NCBI RefSeq assembly: GCF_018977255.1
Contig: NW_024704743.1
Location: 62,622,001 to 62,686,000 of the forward strand
Length of the DNA stretch: 64,000 bases
Origin: Callorhinchus milii
Lineage: Eukaryota
Reading direction: 5' to 3'
The position numbers were made by a program, and so were the translations under genes. The notes beneath the pieces were generated by a model. The model was not told where the DNA came from and made no database searches. It was given only the letters and a program-made list of their open reading frames with translations. Shown in pieces: positions 40,258 through 52,850 of the stretch. Within the stretch, counting starts at the first letter, position 1. Each line of letters begins with the position of its first letter.

Positions 40258-40790
40258 ACATGGTGAACATTCTCCAATGCCCTCCTCACTGGCCTCCCCA
40301 GCTCCACCCACAAAGTTCAACTCATTCAGAACGCCGCTGCCTTTATCCTCACGGGTACCAAACTCTGCAGCCCCATCATCCCAGTCCTTGCCAGGCTCCA
40401 CTGACTCCCAGTCACAGAATGGATTGATTTCAAGATTCTCACACTCAACTATAAATCACTTCAATTCCCTAGCACCATCCTACCTCTCCAACTTGCTCAC
40501 ACTCTTACCATTCTAACCCGCCTCTTCGCTTGGCTGGCTCGGGTATGTCCCCCGACTCCTCTGCTCCATCATTGACAGCTATGCCTTCAGTCCCAAACCT
40601 CTGGAATTCCCTGCCTCAATCCATCCAACGTGCCCCCTCTTTTCTATATTAAATCACAACTGAAGAGTTTCCTCTTTGAAAGTGCCCGTCACCTCCCCTT
40701 TCTATCCGCTTCAGCGGCAAACTGCTATCATTCAGCGCTTTGAGATGCTTGCTACCCTGCGTGAATAGGGTACTTATTTTGTAATAGCAA
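40258..40790 (+). mobile_element. Decayed L2 LINE 3' fragment
   Basis: Homologous to 5421-6163 (ctccaatgccctcctcactggcctccc...caggctccactgactcccag). Confidence 0.8.
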
Positions 40791-41707
40791 ACAAGTGCGA
40801 AAGCGACTGCACCAAAGTGTAATAAAGTTATTTTTTCCCTTCTTCTGTGAAAAGTTTCTGAACTGTTACAAGTTTCATTGTGAAAAGACACAGTGATCCT
40901 AAGAATTTAATCATGTACCAAGCATGAAATAGGCAAACATTTTGCAAATACGATATAACACATTCAAGACTATTCATTATAGCAAAAAAAATCACAATTA
41001 GTCAAACTGTAAGCCATCACTGCTCGTTTAGTAATACTGCTAAATGAAGTGCACAGTTACTCCCCAAGCCTGATGCATGAATTGACATTACTTGCTGTAC
41101 AAGCTTTTCTGGTTTTGGTGTTGTAATTTTTTTTACAATGAGCACAGATCATCAGGAATTGTATGTGGCATTACTATTGACAGCCTTGAACTTTTCAGAC
41201 GGTTCCTCGTGCTGTCACACGTGACTACGGTTGAAAGGAACTCCAAAATTCTGCTTAATACAGACCGAATGCTTCCCGGGCTTCAGTTTATTCAATATAA
41301 CCAGTGGATTGTATCAGATGTCAGCAGATTCTCTTCACCAAAGTCCTATCATAGTTATATCAATTTTATCTTTTCAAACATCAGGCTGCAATGACTACAG
41401 ATACTAAAATTTCCGAAAATATATATTTAATATATTTTGTCAGTTTCTCCCTATTTATATTTATCATCTCATGCTGTTCTCCTTTGAAAAAGGAGCTAGG
41501 AAAGTGGGGGCAAGAAAATTATACTAATGTCATATGATGACATGGTAGATGATGCCGGTTACAAACCTGGGATATATGCCCAAAATGAGTGAAAACAAAT
41601 CATTGGCAGTATACTACATACAGCATTATTTCATCTCAATGTACTGTATAGGGGTGAAGTTTGTCATGTTTAAAGTTTTACTTTTGTTACTTTACACCAG
41701 CTAACAA

Positions 41708-41723
41708 CCGCTAGGTGGCAGCA
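41708..41723 (+). promoter_or_regulatory. Candidate CTCF site
   Basis: CCGCTAGGTGGCAGCA is a close match to the CTCF core consensus CC(A/G)(C/G)(C/T)AG(A/G)(T/G)GGC(A/G), in non-repeat intronic DNA. Confidence 0.45.
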
Positions 41724-43084
41724 GATTCCTCCCTGTACCAGACTCCATTTTTTAGACCAGATCATCACCATATTACTGAAGCGAGACATTTCTCCTGTAA
41801 ATTGTAGGCCCCAGAGTAGCTTCTAAGTTGACTGCTTGACTTCATATTTATTTTTTAAGGTTGATCTGCTGATGAGGGGCGGAATCCACACTCCCACACT
41901 AACATGACTGTGACACTTCCTGACTGAGGACAGTAGAGGTTTACACTATCGCTCTGATGCAACTTCAACTAACTTGACATAAATATCTGGTAATTGGCAG
42001 TAAACATCTGGAGCAAAGTAGTCAAGTCATAACTGCACCAAAAAGGAAATCAGCTCTTCTAATCTCCGGCAGATACCCGTTTACTACTTTGGACCCTTCT
42101 TAAATAGGACATAACAGAATTTGATCTGTCATGATCTGTTTATCTGATATTATCTGAATTTGATAAACTGGAAGTAAAATCAATCTCTCAAATTTATATT
42201 TAATTATTTATATTCATAATAATGATTCACTATAAGGCAGCAATGAACACTCAGTGCATCAGACATAAATGAAGTACATATTGTTTCAAAGTCTGATTTT
42301 GAAAAAAGAAAACACTTCGAAGAGTTATCTTAAACACCTACTAGCAGTAAGATCGATAGATATTTGTTTGGTAAGCATATCAAGGGAGAAGGAATGAGGG
42401 CAGTAAGACAACTGAGGTACAGATCAGACATGATCTAATAGAATGGTGGAATAGGCTCAAGGGTTTGAATGGTCTCCTCTTGTTCTGATGTTCGTAATCT
42501 AATAATAATAATTCTTGTATTTGACATAACGCCTTATCAGTTTTACTTGTGTAAGCAGTCATTGAATATTTATATTAAATCTGATTATGGAAGAAGGATG
42601 CTATCCATTAATTAACCAAAACATAAAAGTTTGAAAGATCTTTCTGGTGCAATACATTTTGCTGGAATAAACTTTTAAATATTTAAACCAATAGCATAGG
42701 TAGTAGAAAGTAGTTTATATTGTAAGCATGGAACAAGATTTCTTTGTATTACGAAGTCCTGTAGCTCAGTAGTTAGAGTAATAGCCTAAAAAGCGAGAGA
42801 CCTGGGTTTGATTCCCAGCAGGACCAAACCTTGGGCAAGTTTCCTTACTCCACACCTGATAATAATCCCTCAAGAAAAAACCCAATAATAAATTGGTCAC
42901 TTCAATCCACGACTGTTTGTGGGGCACTGCTGTGCGCAATTGGCTGCCAGATTTCGTCCACAAATATACAGTCAATTCACTTTACAGTTTATTCTGTGAA
43001 GCGCTTTGAGACGTCTGGAATCGAACCCAGGTCCTCTCGTTTGCAAGGCGAGTTCCCTAACCACTAAGCTACAGGACTCCACAA

Positions 43085-43595
43085 TAACAGGCCTCCCCAA
43101 CTCCTCCCTTCTTAGGCTGTGGATCATCTCATCCTGAACTCTGCAGCTCAAGTCCTCTCCCGCACCAGGCTCTGCAACCCTATCACCCCCATCCTCGACT
43201 GACTCCATTGGCTTCCCATCACACAGAGGATACAGTTCAAGATCCTGGTCCTCACCCTCAAAGCCCTCCATGGCCTTGCTCCCTCCTACCTCTGCGACAT
43301 CCTAATCCTCTACCAACCTGCCCGCTCACTCCAACCAGCAGCCCGCCCCATCATTGTCGGGCGGGCCTTCTGACACCCTCTGGAACTTCATCCCATAGCT
43401 CCTCTGCCTCGCCCCCTCCCTTGCTGCCTTCAAGACCCATCTCAAGACCCTCCTCTTCGACCGTGATTTTGATCACGCTGCTTCGCCCCCTGCCCTCCAC
43501 CCTCCCCAATCGCCCGAGCCCCTGCTTCGGTCCGAAACACTGACCTTGGGACGTCCTCCCGCTGTGAAAAATTACAAATGTAATTTTGTTGCTGC
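43085..43595 (+). mobile_element. L2 LINE 3' fragment
   Basis: ctccattggcttcccatcacacagaggatacagttcaagatcctg (LHWLPITQRIQFKIL); tail ttgggacgtcctccc...(ttg)n. Confidence 0.85.
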
Positions 43596-43914
43596 ACATA
43601 ATGAACAGCACCTTAACAAGCAAAGGTGGTTACATTAGAACTTTAACTATATTGGGTAAACAGCTACACTGTTTACAATTCCTTCCATAGAACATCCGCA
43701 TTTATAGCCTGAACCTGTTCTCTCCCCTCCTTCACCAGTGCCAGACATTGCTGAATATTTCCTCTTTGCATTCTGTCCAGAATGTGCTCGTGCACAATGT
43801 CAGCTATTCAGTGAAAAAGAAAGTTGACAGATGAGAGCTAATGACAATGAACTGGCATGAACAATATTTTTAAAGAAATAGAGATTTAAAAAATTATTTG
43901 AATCAATTGTGCTC

Positions 43915-44232
43915 AATCAAATCCTGGTCCTCACTTTCAAAGCCCTCCAGGGCCTTGCTCCTTCGTACCTCCGTGACCTCCTATCCCTCTACCTACCTAT
44001 ACGCTCCCTCCACTCAGCAGGCTCCGGCCTGCTTCATGTCCCCCGCATTGGCGGGCGAGCCTTCAGCCACTCTGCCCCATCCTCTGGAACTCCCAACAGT
44101 CCCTCTACTTCACCCCCTCCCTTGGCTCCTTCAAGACCCTCCTCTTCGACTGTACCTTTGGTCACCCTTGGCCTCCTGCCTGTACCTCGTCCCTTCTGAA
44201 AAGGCGCTATATAAATGCGGGTTGTTGTTGTT
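43915..44232 (+). mobile_element. L2 LINE 3' fragment
   Basis: ILVLTFKALQGLAPSYLRDLL..RSLHS; tail aaggcgctatataaatgcgggttgttgttg. Confidence 0.85.
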
Positions 44233-46559
44233 AAAGAGGGAAAATACAACAAATGTTATTCATCTTACCTTTCATCTCTTAGTTTAAAAACTTACATTAA
44301 TTTCTTTTTAAACTATCCAACCTAATTCTATTCAAAATATCTTGAAAATGTGCAGAGTTTCATTGGATCTTGGTCTGTATGTACATTTTTAAGTAAGACA
44401 AGAGCTATCTAAGATTGTCACATAGCATTAAAGCAGCAACAATCATTTTATATTTTTGCTGAACATGGTGAAATGAAAAACAAAAAGCAAAGACTCAGAC
44501 CAAACGGGAGAGGCAACAACAACAACTTGTACTTATACAGCACCCTTCACGTTAAGAAGTCGGAGCAAGGCTAGTGAGGGAGGGAGATGTGAACATAGGT
44601 ACAGTCAAAGAGGCATGTTTTTAGGTGGGATTTAAAGAGAAAGAGGGTACATGGTGGACAGATAGAGGTAAGCAGTTCCAGAGAATGGGGGCATATTGAC
44701 TGAAGACTCGGGCACTGATGATGGTGTAGAAGGGGCGGGGACTGTATTAGCTGTATTTTTTTTGGTCAGCCAGATGTCTGAAACATGTGGAAAGCCATCA
44801 CCATGCTTTTGAGTATCCAAACCAAACAGAGTTCCATGCATCTCACCTACATGTGGAAATTGCAGAGATATTCATTGGAATGGAATGCGTACTCTCTCCC
44901 TGGAGACACATATCCTGCTTACCTAATTTCAGAGAGTATTGGACACGGGTTGGCAAGAGCCAAGGTTTGGGGACCCAGAGTGTGTGTTGGGGCACTGCTG
45001 GAGTCTAACCAGCTGAAACTGCATAGCTTGCCATTGAAAGCGCTATCTGGCAAGCTTTCCCGCTGCTTGTCCAGCTAGGATCACCCTACCCATTAAGGCT
45101 TTGGATTGCAGGGTTAACAAGAGCTGAGTGGAACTGCCATGTTCTGCTCACAAAATATACAGCCAATTTACGGTATATTCCTTGAAGCACTTTGAGACTT
45201 CTCAAAGACGTGATAAGGCGCTGTATCAAAATGCAAGCATTGTTATATTAGGCAAGATATTAATTTTGTGGTTAGAGCACTCACCTAGCAAGTGAGACAC
45301 CTGGGTTCAATTCCAGGCAGGGCGAAACCTTGGGCAAGTTTCCTTACTCTACAAGCCTAATAATAATCCCTCCAAAAAACAAAAACAATAATAAATTGGT
45401 CATTTTCAATACACGACTGTTTGTGGGACACTGTTGTACGCAATTAGCTGCCGCATTTTGCCCACAAATATAGTCAATTCATTGACTATTCATATTCTGT
45501 GAAGCGCTTTGAGACATCTAGAAGATGTAAAAAGCGCTATATCAAAGGCAAGGATTATTTATTATTATTATTATAAATGAGTGTGAAAAATCCTTGCTCC
45601 CAGTGACTGGTCTGCCCTTCCAAGTCTTGCCGATGTGCCAGGTTGGGCTGTCATCAGCAGTGCCCTGGAGTACTGTGGACCTTGCTGTCATAGGAATTGA
45701 CTACCGAGACTGCCACAGAGGGTTGAATTGATTCTGAGATTCCGTTGCCAAACATGTCATTTTGGAGCCAGTTCAGCTCCGAGGAGATTCCGTTTACCTC
45801 TCCCCCAAGGAGGAGAGCTAACTGAACAATCAGCTGTGTTAACTAAACAGAGGCAAGATACACAAAGTGAGAAAAAATGAACAAAAAACAAAAGCAGTTC
45901 AGTGAGAATAAATAAGACATTTAAGAATAATTTACTTTTTTTAAAAAAAGCACAGAATTAGAAACTTATAGGGTTTTGAAGAAGGATCACATCTAAGTCT
46001 TTAACCTTTTTCAGATGCTGATCCACATGCTGTAGATGTTAACCATTTTATTGTTTTTATTTTAGGAATAAAGGTAGCCTGATGCTTTGTAGCTCTAACA
46101 AACTGTGCTAAAGTAGATGGATGTAGTAGGAAACAATTTTTTTTCTATCCAGACACTTGGGAGAGATTTTGCACAGCTAGAATGATTAATGAGGCAAAGG
46201 GGGAGATGAGATCAAAGGAGATATAAAGACTGAAAAATGTTCTTTCATTCCATATACTTCTCTAAATCTTTAGATTCGTTTTTGTATGTTCTATGCAAAT
46301 ATATGTGAATTTTTAAATCAAGGACAAAGTACGTACACAAAGGCTATGGAAAGCCTTAATAATGCTGATTGGATCCTTAGTAATATACAAAAATCTGGTT
46401 GTCTGCCTTTCTGAACCAATTCTGTGAGAAAGAAAAGATGAAGGATCAAATAAGGAAATAAATTGGTGATAAGCATAGAACTGAGTGAGGCAGATTTCAA
46501 TAAATATTTAATTATAAATTCTTTGCTCACTTTTTAATTTTTTTCAGAAAAAAGTTGAA

Positions 46560-46925
46560 AGAGGGATTGCCTCAATTGGGTAGAGGATAGTGCTGCAGTT
46601 TACTGACAAGGAGTCTGTTGGTTTGAAACCGAGTACCTGTTGAGTTTGCTAGTCTCATCTGGGCGGGGGGGCTAAATTAGCCCCACCAACCCAAGGTCCA
46701 AGGTTAGGTGAGGGAGAACCAGCCAGGCTGTGACTCCTCTACAGCCGAGTGGCCTGTTAACCCTCGCTGCAGAGGTTCACACATGAACAATGGATAATTG
46801 TGCAAGGGTACGAGAGGGCAACGAGTACCTACGGAACTGCACCCGAGCAAGAGGTGCAGAGAATCATATGCCAATGGGGGGATAAGTATAAAAATAATTG
46901 GACACACTAAATCTATTAAAAAAAG
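46560..46925 (+). mobile_element. Old tRNA-headed SINE-like repeat (unclassified); related fragments at ~7780-8210 (-), 9380-9780 (-), 58900-59620 (-, split), 61130-61450 (-)
   Basis: tRNA-like head, the shared motif ggc/ttcacacatgaa(c/a)aatgg.cactt..gcaaggtac, and an A-rich end. Confidence 0.6.
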
Positions 46926-47044
46926 GAGAAATCACAGTTTTCAGCCCAAAGTTGCACAAGTGGTGTGAAAGGAATGATGAATTAATTAAACTGCTAAATC
47001 ATGAACAGATTATCTAAAAAGAAACAGTTTGCATCAGTACTTAC

Positions 47045-47131
47045 AGGTTCCTTGGAGCTGAACATAGACTTGTCCGCTCCTTAAAGTGGAAGATCGCCGG
47101 CCATTGCACCCTTTTCCATTCTGTGTATTTC
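47045..47131 (-). CDS. INVS: Inversin penultimate coding exon
   Basis: Minus strand aaatatcAG|GA AAT... encodes (G)NTQNGKGCNGRRSSTLRSGQVYVQLQGT. Donor GTaagt. Phase 1/1 links the flanking exons. Confidence 0.8.
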
Positions 47132-47415
47132 CTGATATTTCAACATAAGCAAATCATCAAATTCCTTGTGCATACCCCACAAGTTCTATCCGAATTCAAG
47201 TTCCTGGCTGCTACGGTACAGTAATTTTCACACAGATACCATACAAATAAATGTGCATATGGCACTACATCAATATCCACATTTACAGGACTATAATCAT
47301 TCTCCAATTGAAAGATGATCATATTTTAAAGAGATTCAATCTGTCTTTTTGATCCTTTTGCCCATTACATGCATAAATGAACCTCATTAACATAATGTTG
47401 GTGAAAATAAATTAC

Positions 47416-47657
47416 CATAAATTTGCTTTAAGACTGTGTGTTGCTTGGCTGTCTTGATACGGGAACTCTTGTTGCTGAATGTTTTGATGTTTTGGGTGGA
47501 AATGACATGCAGCTCATTGTCATCCAGATACTTCCTCCAAACCAGCTGGACAGTGAAGGCAGCCAGCTCCTGTTTCCATGTCTCATCATCATTACCACTG
47601 ACCCCATTCTTCTGACGCTCATGGAAGATCTGTAACAGTCCTTTATGTATCTTGTAA
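47416..47657 (-). CDS. INVS: Inversin coding exon after IQ2
   Basis: Minus strand atttgcAG|T TAC AAG... encodes (S)YKIHKGLLQIFHERQ...WKQELAAFTVQLVWRKYL...AKQHTVLKQIY(G). Donor GTaatt. HSVLKQIYG is a conserved inversin motif. Confidence 0.92.
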
Positions 47658-50600
47658 CTGCAAATGTGAATAAAAATAAAATAATAATCCTTGTATTTGT
47701 TATAGTGCAGCTGTATCAAAGAGCTTTACGGGATACACTGTAAAATGCAGTGCTAGTATATTTGTAGGTGAATATGTGCCATTTGAGCACAGCAATATCC
47801 CACAAAGAGCCATGAAGTGAATGGACAATTTTATTTGGAGGATTGTTGGCCAGGGATCAGGAGAAACTCTGTTCTCTTTTCGAATAATGTCATCTTTAAC
47901 ATCCATAAACAGGCAGATGGGACCTTAGTTTAAGGTCTTATTCGAAGGATGACATCTCCAAAAATGCAGCACACCCCCAGCAGTGACTGTGATTATCAGT
48001 AGACATATTATAGCTGTGAATGTCACACAAGTTTCCAAATTAAAAACAAATTATTGTATAGCTTCTTTCGATGGTACATTGCCTAGTGGGAAACAAAATA
48101 TACTAGACTAGTTTAGATGAAGAAGGCCCTTCAGTCCATTTGATCTCATCCTTCAGATTATCCACCTTGCCATCTTTCTGTGATTTTTGTTACAATGTCA
48201 ATTAATAAATAATGTGGTTGCAGATCTAACCAATCTTCAACAGGAACCTATTGTCAAGCTTACTGCAACTACAGTATTTATTAATTGACATTGCAACAAA
48301 AAACGCAGAGGAACTACATCATGTGAGCCGCCTTTCTCCCACAAAGTACACAGTCAATTCACTTTACAATATATTGCTGTGCGCAATTGGCTGCCGCGTT
48401 CGCCCACAAATATACAGTCAATTCACTTTACAGTGTGTTCTGTGAAGCGCTTTGGGACGTCCTCCCGACGTGAAAAGCGCTATATCAAATGCAAGGATTA
48501 TTATTATTATTATTATTATTATATATTCTGTGAAGTACTTTGAGACGTCTCGAAAATGTGATTAGGCGCTATATTAAATGCAAGGATTATTATTATTGTT
48601 ATCATCAGTTTAAAGATAAATGAAATGTACCGTTTTGGATGTAGGATTCTAATCACCACTGAAACAGGTATAACCATTTTGTTTCCAACCGACATAATCA
48701 TCCTGCTCAATATTTAGTCAGAAAATACTATTAGACCAGAACAGATTTTAGTCCATTGCTTTCAAAGCTATAAGTTAAAAGTTTAAGAATTTTTCAAATT
48801 ATGACTGAACTGAATATTGTGAATATCTATTAATATGAATATTTGGATATTCCATATATAATAATCAGCCTGCTGTGGTTTTGAGTTGGCAGATATATCT
48901 GTGCCCTATAAAGTGTAAAAGGCTTTCAGGATTTAATATTATTCTATATCTTTGCTGAAAAGTAAACAAATTTGGGGGCTTCAGTGGACTACAATGCGAC
49001 TTGGCAGATTTTTTTTTGACTACAACTGCACGCTTAAAAGTTTTATGTCAAAGAAGATCAAACAGCAAGTGACAAGATCTCCCTGGAGCTGTCCTGGCTG
49101 GAATAAATATGCACTTGAATCATTTCCCTTGTGTTACTTGCTACTATTCTAAAAATGTGAACTGAAAAGCACAGCTGTTCCACAGCAATTTTGAAAAGGA
49201 TTCCGAAATCTCTGTAGACATTTATCAATGGGTTATAATGAATGCAGTTTTGTACATCTGGGTAAAACACGCACAATGTTGCTCCTGAATTATTCTGCTC
49301 CCATCCTCAAGCTGAACTATACTTTCCTGATGTGTCTCCATTTTAAGACTCAGCTTTGGGATATTCATGATTAACAGGAACTTTGTTTACCTACAGAGTT
49401 GGTGATCCAGGGCAAAATCAGGGTTTGGCACTTTGGACTTGGGCATATTTTTGATATAATCAGCTGAAGGAGAGAATAGCGATTTAATCAATTTGTATTG
49501 ACAGGTTCCAAATGAAGGCCATTCAATGAAACTCAACCAGACTGCTTCACCCTGATCGTTTTAATTCACAGAAAGATAAAATTAAATTGCTTTATTGCCG
49601 TAACTGATCCTACATCACGCACACCTGGTTGGTTACGTTTAAAAGCAGCACTTAGAAAAGTTATTGTACTTTTCCTACAGTGCATGCACATACAAAGCCA
49701 TTATATGAATACCTGATCAAAGTACCTTAACTAATGTCATCTGTTACTAAAAGACATGGTTTCAGTAACTAGATCAAAGAAAGTAAACCTGCCACAAAAC
49801 ACATTTATGAGTAAGACCCAGAAAGACATACTGGAAATCTGAAAGAAAAACAGAAAATGCACAGCAGCTTGATTGGCATATGAAAGAAAAAGAAGGGCTT
49901 CACGTCCCCCAACACACATAGGCATACCATCAGTGGGGGAGCTTTCAGCAACTTTGCTAGCTCCTCTGGAACTATCCTCTGAAACCCCTCTGTTTGCTTT
50001 CAAATTAGTCCACAAATCTTTCTTTGACTGTGCCTTTGCTCTTCCCCCTCTCCAACTCATTCTTTGTAAGGAACTGAGATTTTTTCCCTTTGTGAAAAGT
50101 GCTATAGAAGTGTAGGTTGTTGTTGGGTGTGACCTGAAGAAAGGTCAACCCCAGAATGTTAATGTATCTTCCTCTTTCAGATATTCATGAGTAACATGTA
50201 AAAACACCTTGGAACAATCTACTTGAAAATTTCTTACGAAAATATGGTATAAGATACATCTGAAACGAGAAATTACCACATTTTCCATCCTACTTAGATC
50301 ATTGTCTCGTTATTCTGATTGCATAATGTCTTCCCTCAGTAATTTTGTCTAATGAAAACAAGCCCATTCGTCTGCATCTTTCTTCATAACTTAGTCCCCA
50401 TAAGGGATCAGCCTTTTTACTTGGCAGAAAAGAACCATCAACCTAGACCTCATTTTCCAATCAAGTCATTCAGACTATTTAACATGTCATGGTGCACATG
50501 TAGATTATGCTGCAATTTATTCATTGTGCAAAAGAGTTTTCCATATACTAATAATAGTAAAATGGCCCATCACTGGTTTGGCAATAAAGCGGAGACATTA

Positions 50601-52559
50601 CCTAGGAAACAAAGTTTATCAGAGAGAGATGTTGATAGTGAGTGTAATTATTGTACACTTTGTGAATTAGTCTATTTCTCTCAAGATGTTTTTCTGCATA
50701 TTTCTTTCTCACTTCATGTTTTTGTCCCCTTCTATATGCCTATTCTATCTCCCTATGATTACCTGCCATCCACCTAGAGAGGGCTCAAACCTGCTCGGAT
50801 GTTAAATGACCGACTAGTCCTCCTAAGGGATGGGGATGGTAAGAGGGGGCTCGTTGGAGCTGAACTGGTTCCAACGTGACATGTTTGGCATGTCGGAATC
50901 AACCCTCAGGTTGTCCTTGGTCGTCCAGTTCCTGAGCCAGCACAGCCAGCCAGGCTCAGTGCAGTATCTGAAAGGGCAAGCCAGTTCATGGGGGTGGGAT
51001 TTTTCCCACTCAGCTACTGTTAACCCCGCAAGCCAAAGCCCTAATGGGTAATCCTAGTTGGACAAGCAGATGGAAAGCTTGCCAGACAGGGATTTCAATG
51101 GCAAGCTATGCATTTTTAGCTGGCGAGACTCAAGCAGTACCTCAACTTACACTCTGTGGTCCTGAAGCCATGGCTTCTGCCACACTGCACCTGATAATAA
51201 TACTAATATCTCCATGCTGGTTTGTTTTATCTATGTATTCACTCTGTCTTTTTTCTCTCATTGGTCTTTCTCTGTGAGTCTTTGCTGGTCTCAGTCTCCT
51301 GGAAATTGTTTGTCACACTCATTTGGTCTTTCCCATCTCTTTCCTCTCTCAAACTTAATCTTCCCCATTCTCACTCTGCTGTACCTCACTCCTCTGATCT
51401 GCAGAAATTTCCAAGATAGATTTTTTTCTAATAGGCCTATATTTCCATATAGGTATAGCTATTTCCATTATCCAGTATAGGTATTTGTAGGCAAACACGG
51501 CAAGAAATATGTGCACAACAATGTCCCAGAAACAGGCATGAAGTGAATGACAAATGTATCTGGAGGATTCTTTGGCCAGGGTAAGAGTTGATCAGGCCTG
51601 CAAGGCCACCATTTAATGTCTCATCCTAAGTCTGGCTTTCCTACCTACACCAAGTGCCAGTAACATTAGAAGGAATAATTTGATCTGAGTAGTAAATTGC
51701 CTTTCACTGCAATCACAAGTGTATCTGAAACCATTAACTCCTCCTAAATCTTTTAATCCAACAGATTTGGGCTGCATTAAATAATCCTTTCAGTTTGTGC
51801 TCAATTAACAACATTCTTAGTACCACAAATATATTACACATATATTGCTTAAATTTCTTTTAACGTCAGGTTGATTCAGTTGGTAATATGTTCATGACTT
51901 AAGCTCACAGTATAATATTGACTATGCAATGACATTTCAATGTGAAAAGACCCTATAAAACAAGACCTTGTTTGTGTTTTTACACTGAGAGTCAAATCAT
52001 CTATACTTTACTTTCTCATCCTCCTAACCACTTTGTGGATTTCCAGATCAAAAACTTTTTTTAAGAAAAGTTGCGGTGTGAAATATTATGCAGATATTTA
52101 ATTTATAATTCTTGTTCCAATTAGAACTGAAACAACATAATTTCAGGCAAAAGAGGGTTAACTCCAGCATGATCTTGTGACTTCTTAAGCTATGGATAAA
52201 GAACATTTTCTGTCTGCATTGCTATTATCAACAACAAATGAGGGTGTTTTTCTGGAATCAGTATCAGATGTACTTTACAGTGATGACGAATTTCAGTTTT
52301 AGGATATGTAGGTTCATGTTTAGGCGGTGACAATAGATTGTGCCGCAGGGTGGAAACGTACTGTTACTTATAGTCATGTTGGCGACGGTCCAGACTCTCA
52401 TGAGCAGGATGTGTTTGCAGCATTTTGAGCAGTGCACGGGAGGCAGAAATGTAAAAAAAAACCTTCCACTGAATATGTTTCACAAGAAATCTTCAGAAAA
52501 CATCTTCAGAAAAGTAATTTTGTGAACAACATAAAACAGACTGTGCAAGGTGGGAATTT

Positions 52560-52850
52560 TCATATAGAAGGGAGGTGATTGAAGGCCCAGTCAAAGATGA
52601 TTTTTTTTTTAACAAGGGTTTGAAGACATGGAGGCAGTGAGGCACAAGGACTTTGGAAGAGAGTTCCAGATAGTGGTGGCAAAGTGGCTGAATCTCTGCC
52701 GCCAATGTGTAGTCGGGTGACGGATGTGCTCCAAGTTTGCAGAGTGGAAGGAGGGATGGGAGAATGCGGCTGGAGGAGACTGCAGAGTTGGGAGGGATAG
52801 GGCAGGTCGAATTTGAAGGTTAGAATGAAGATTTTGAATGTGTAAAGGAA
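52560..52850 (-). mobile_element. Decayed L2 3' fragment
   Basis: FKIFILTFK..HIGGRD/RFSHFATTIWNSLPKSL remnants. Confidence 0.75.

Noticed and set aside
41090..41350. Exon-like unique sequence in the INVS last intron
   Set aside because: The minus-strand frames I read hit stop codons, and there is no recognisable homology or phase-compatible splice pair.
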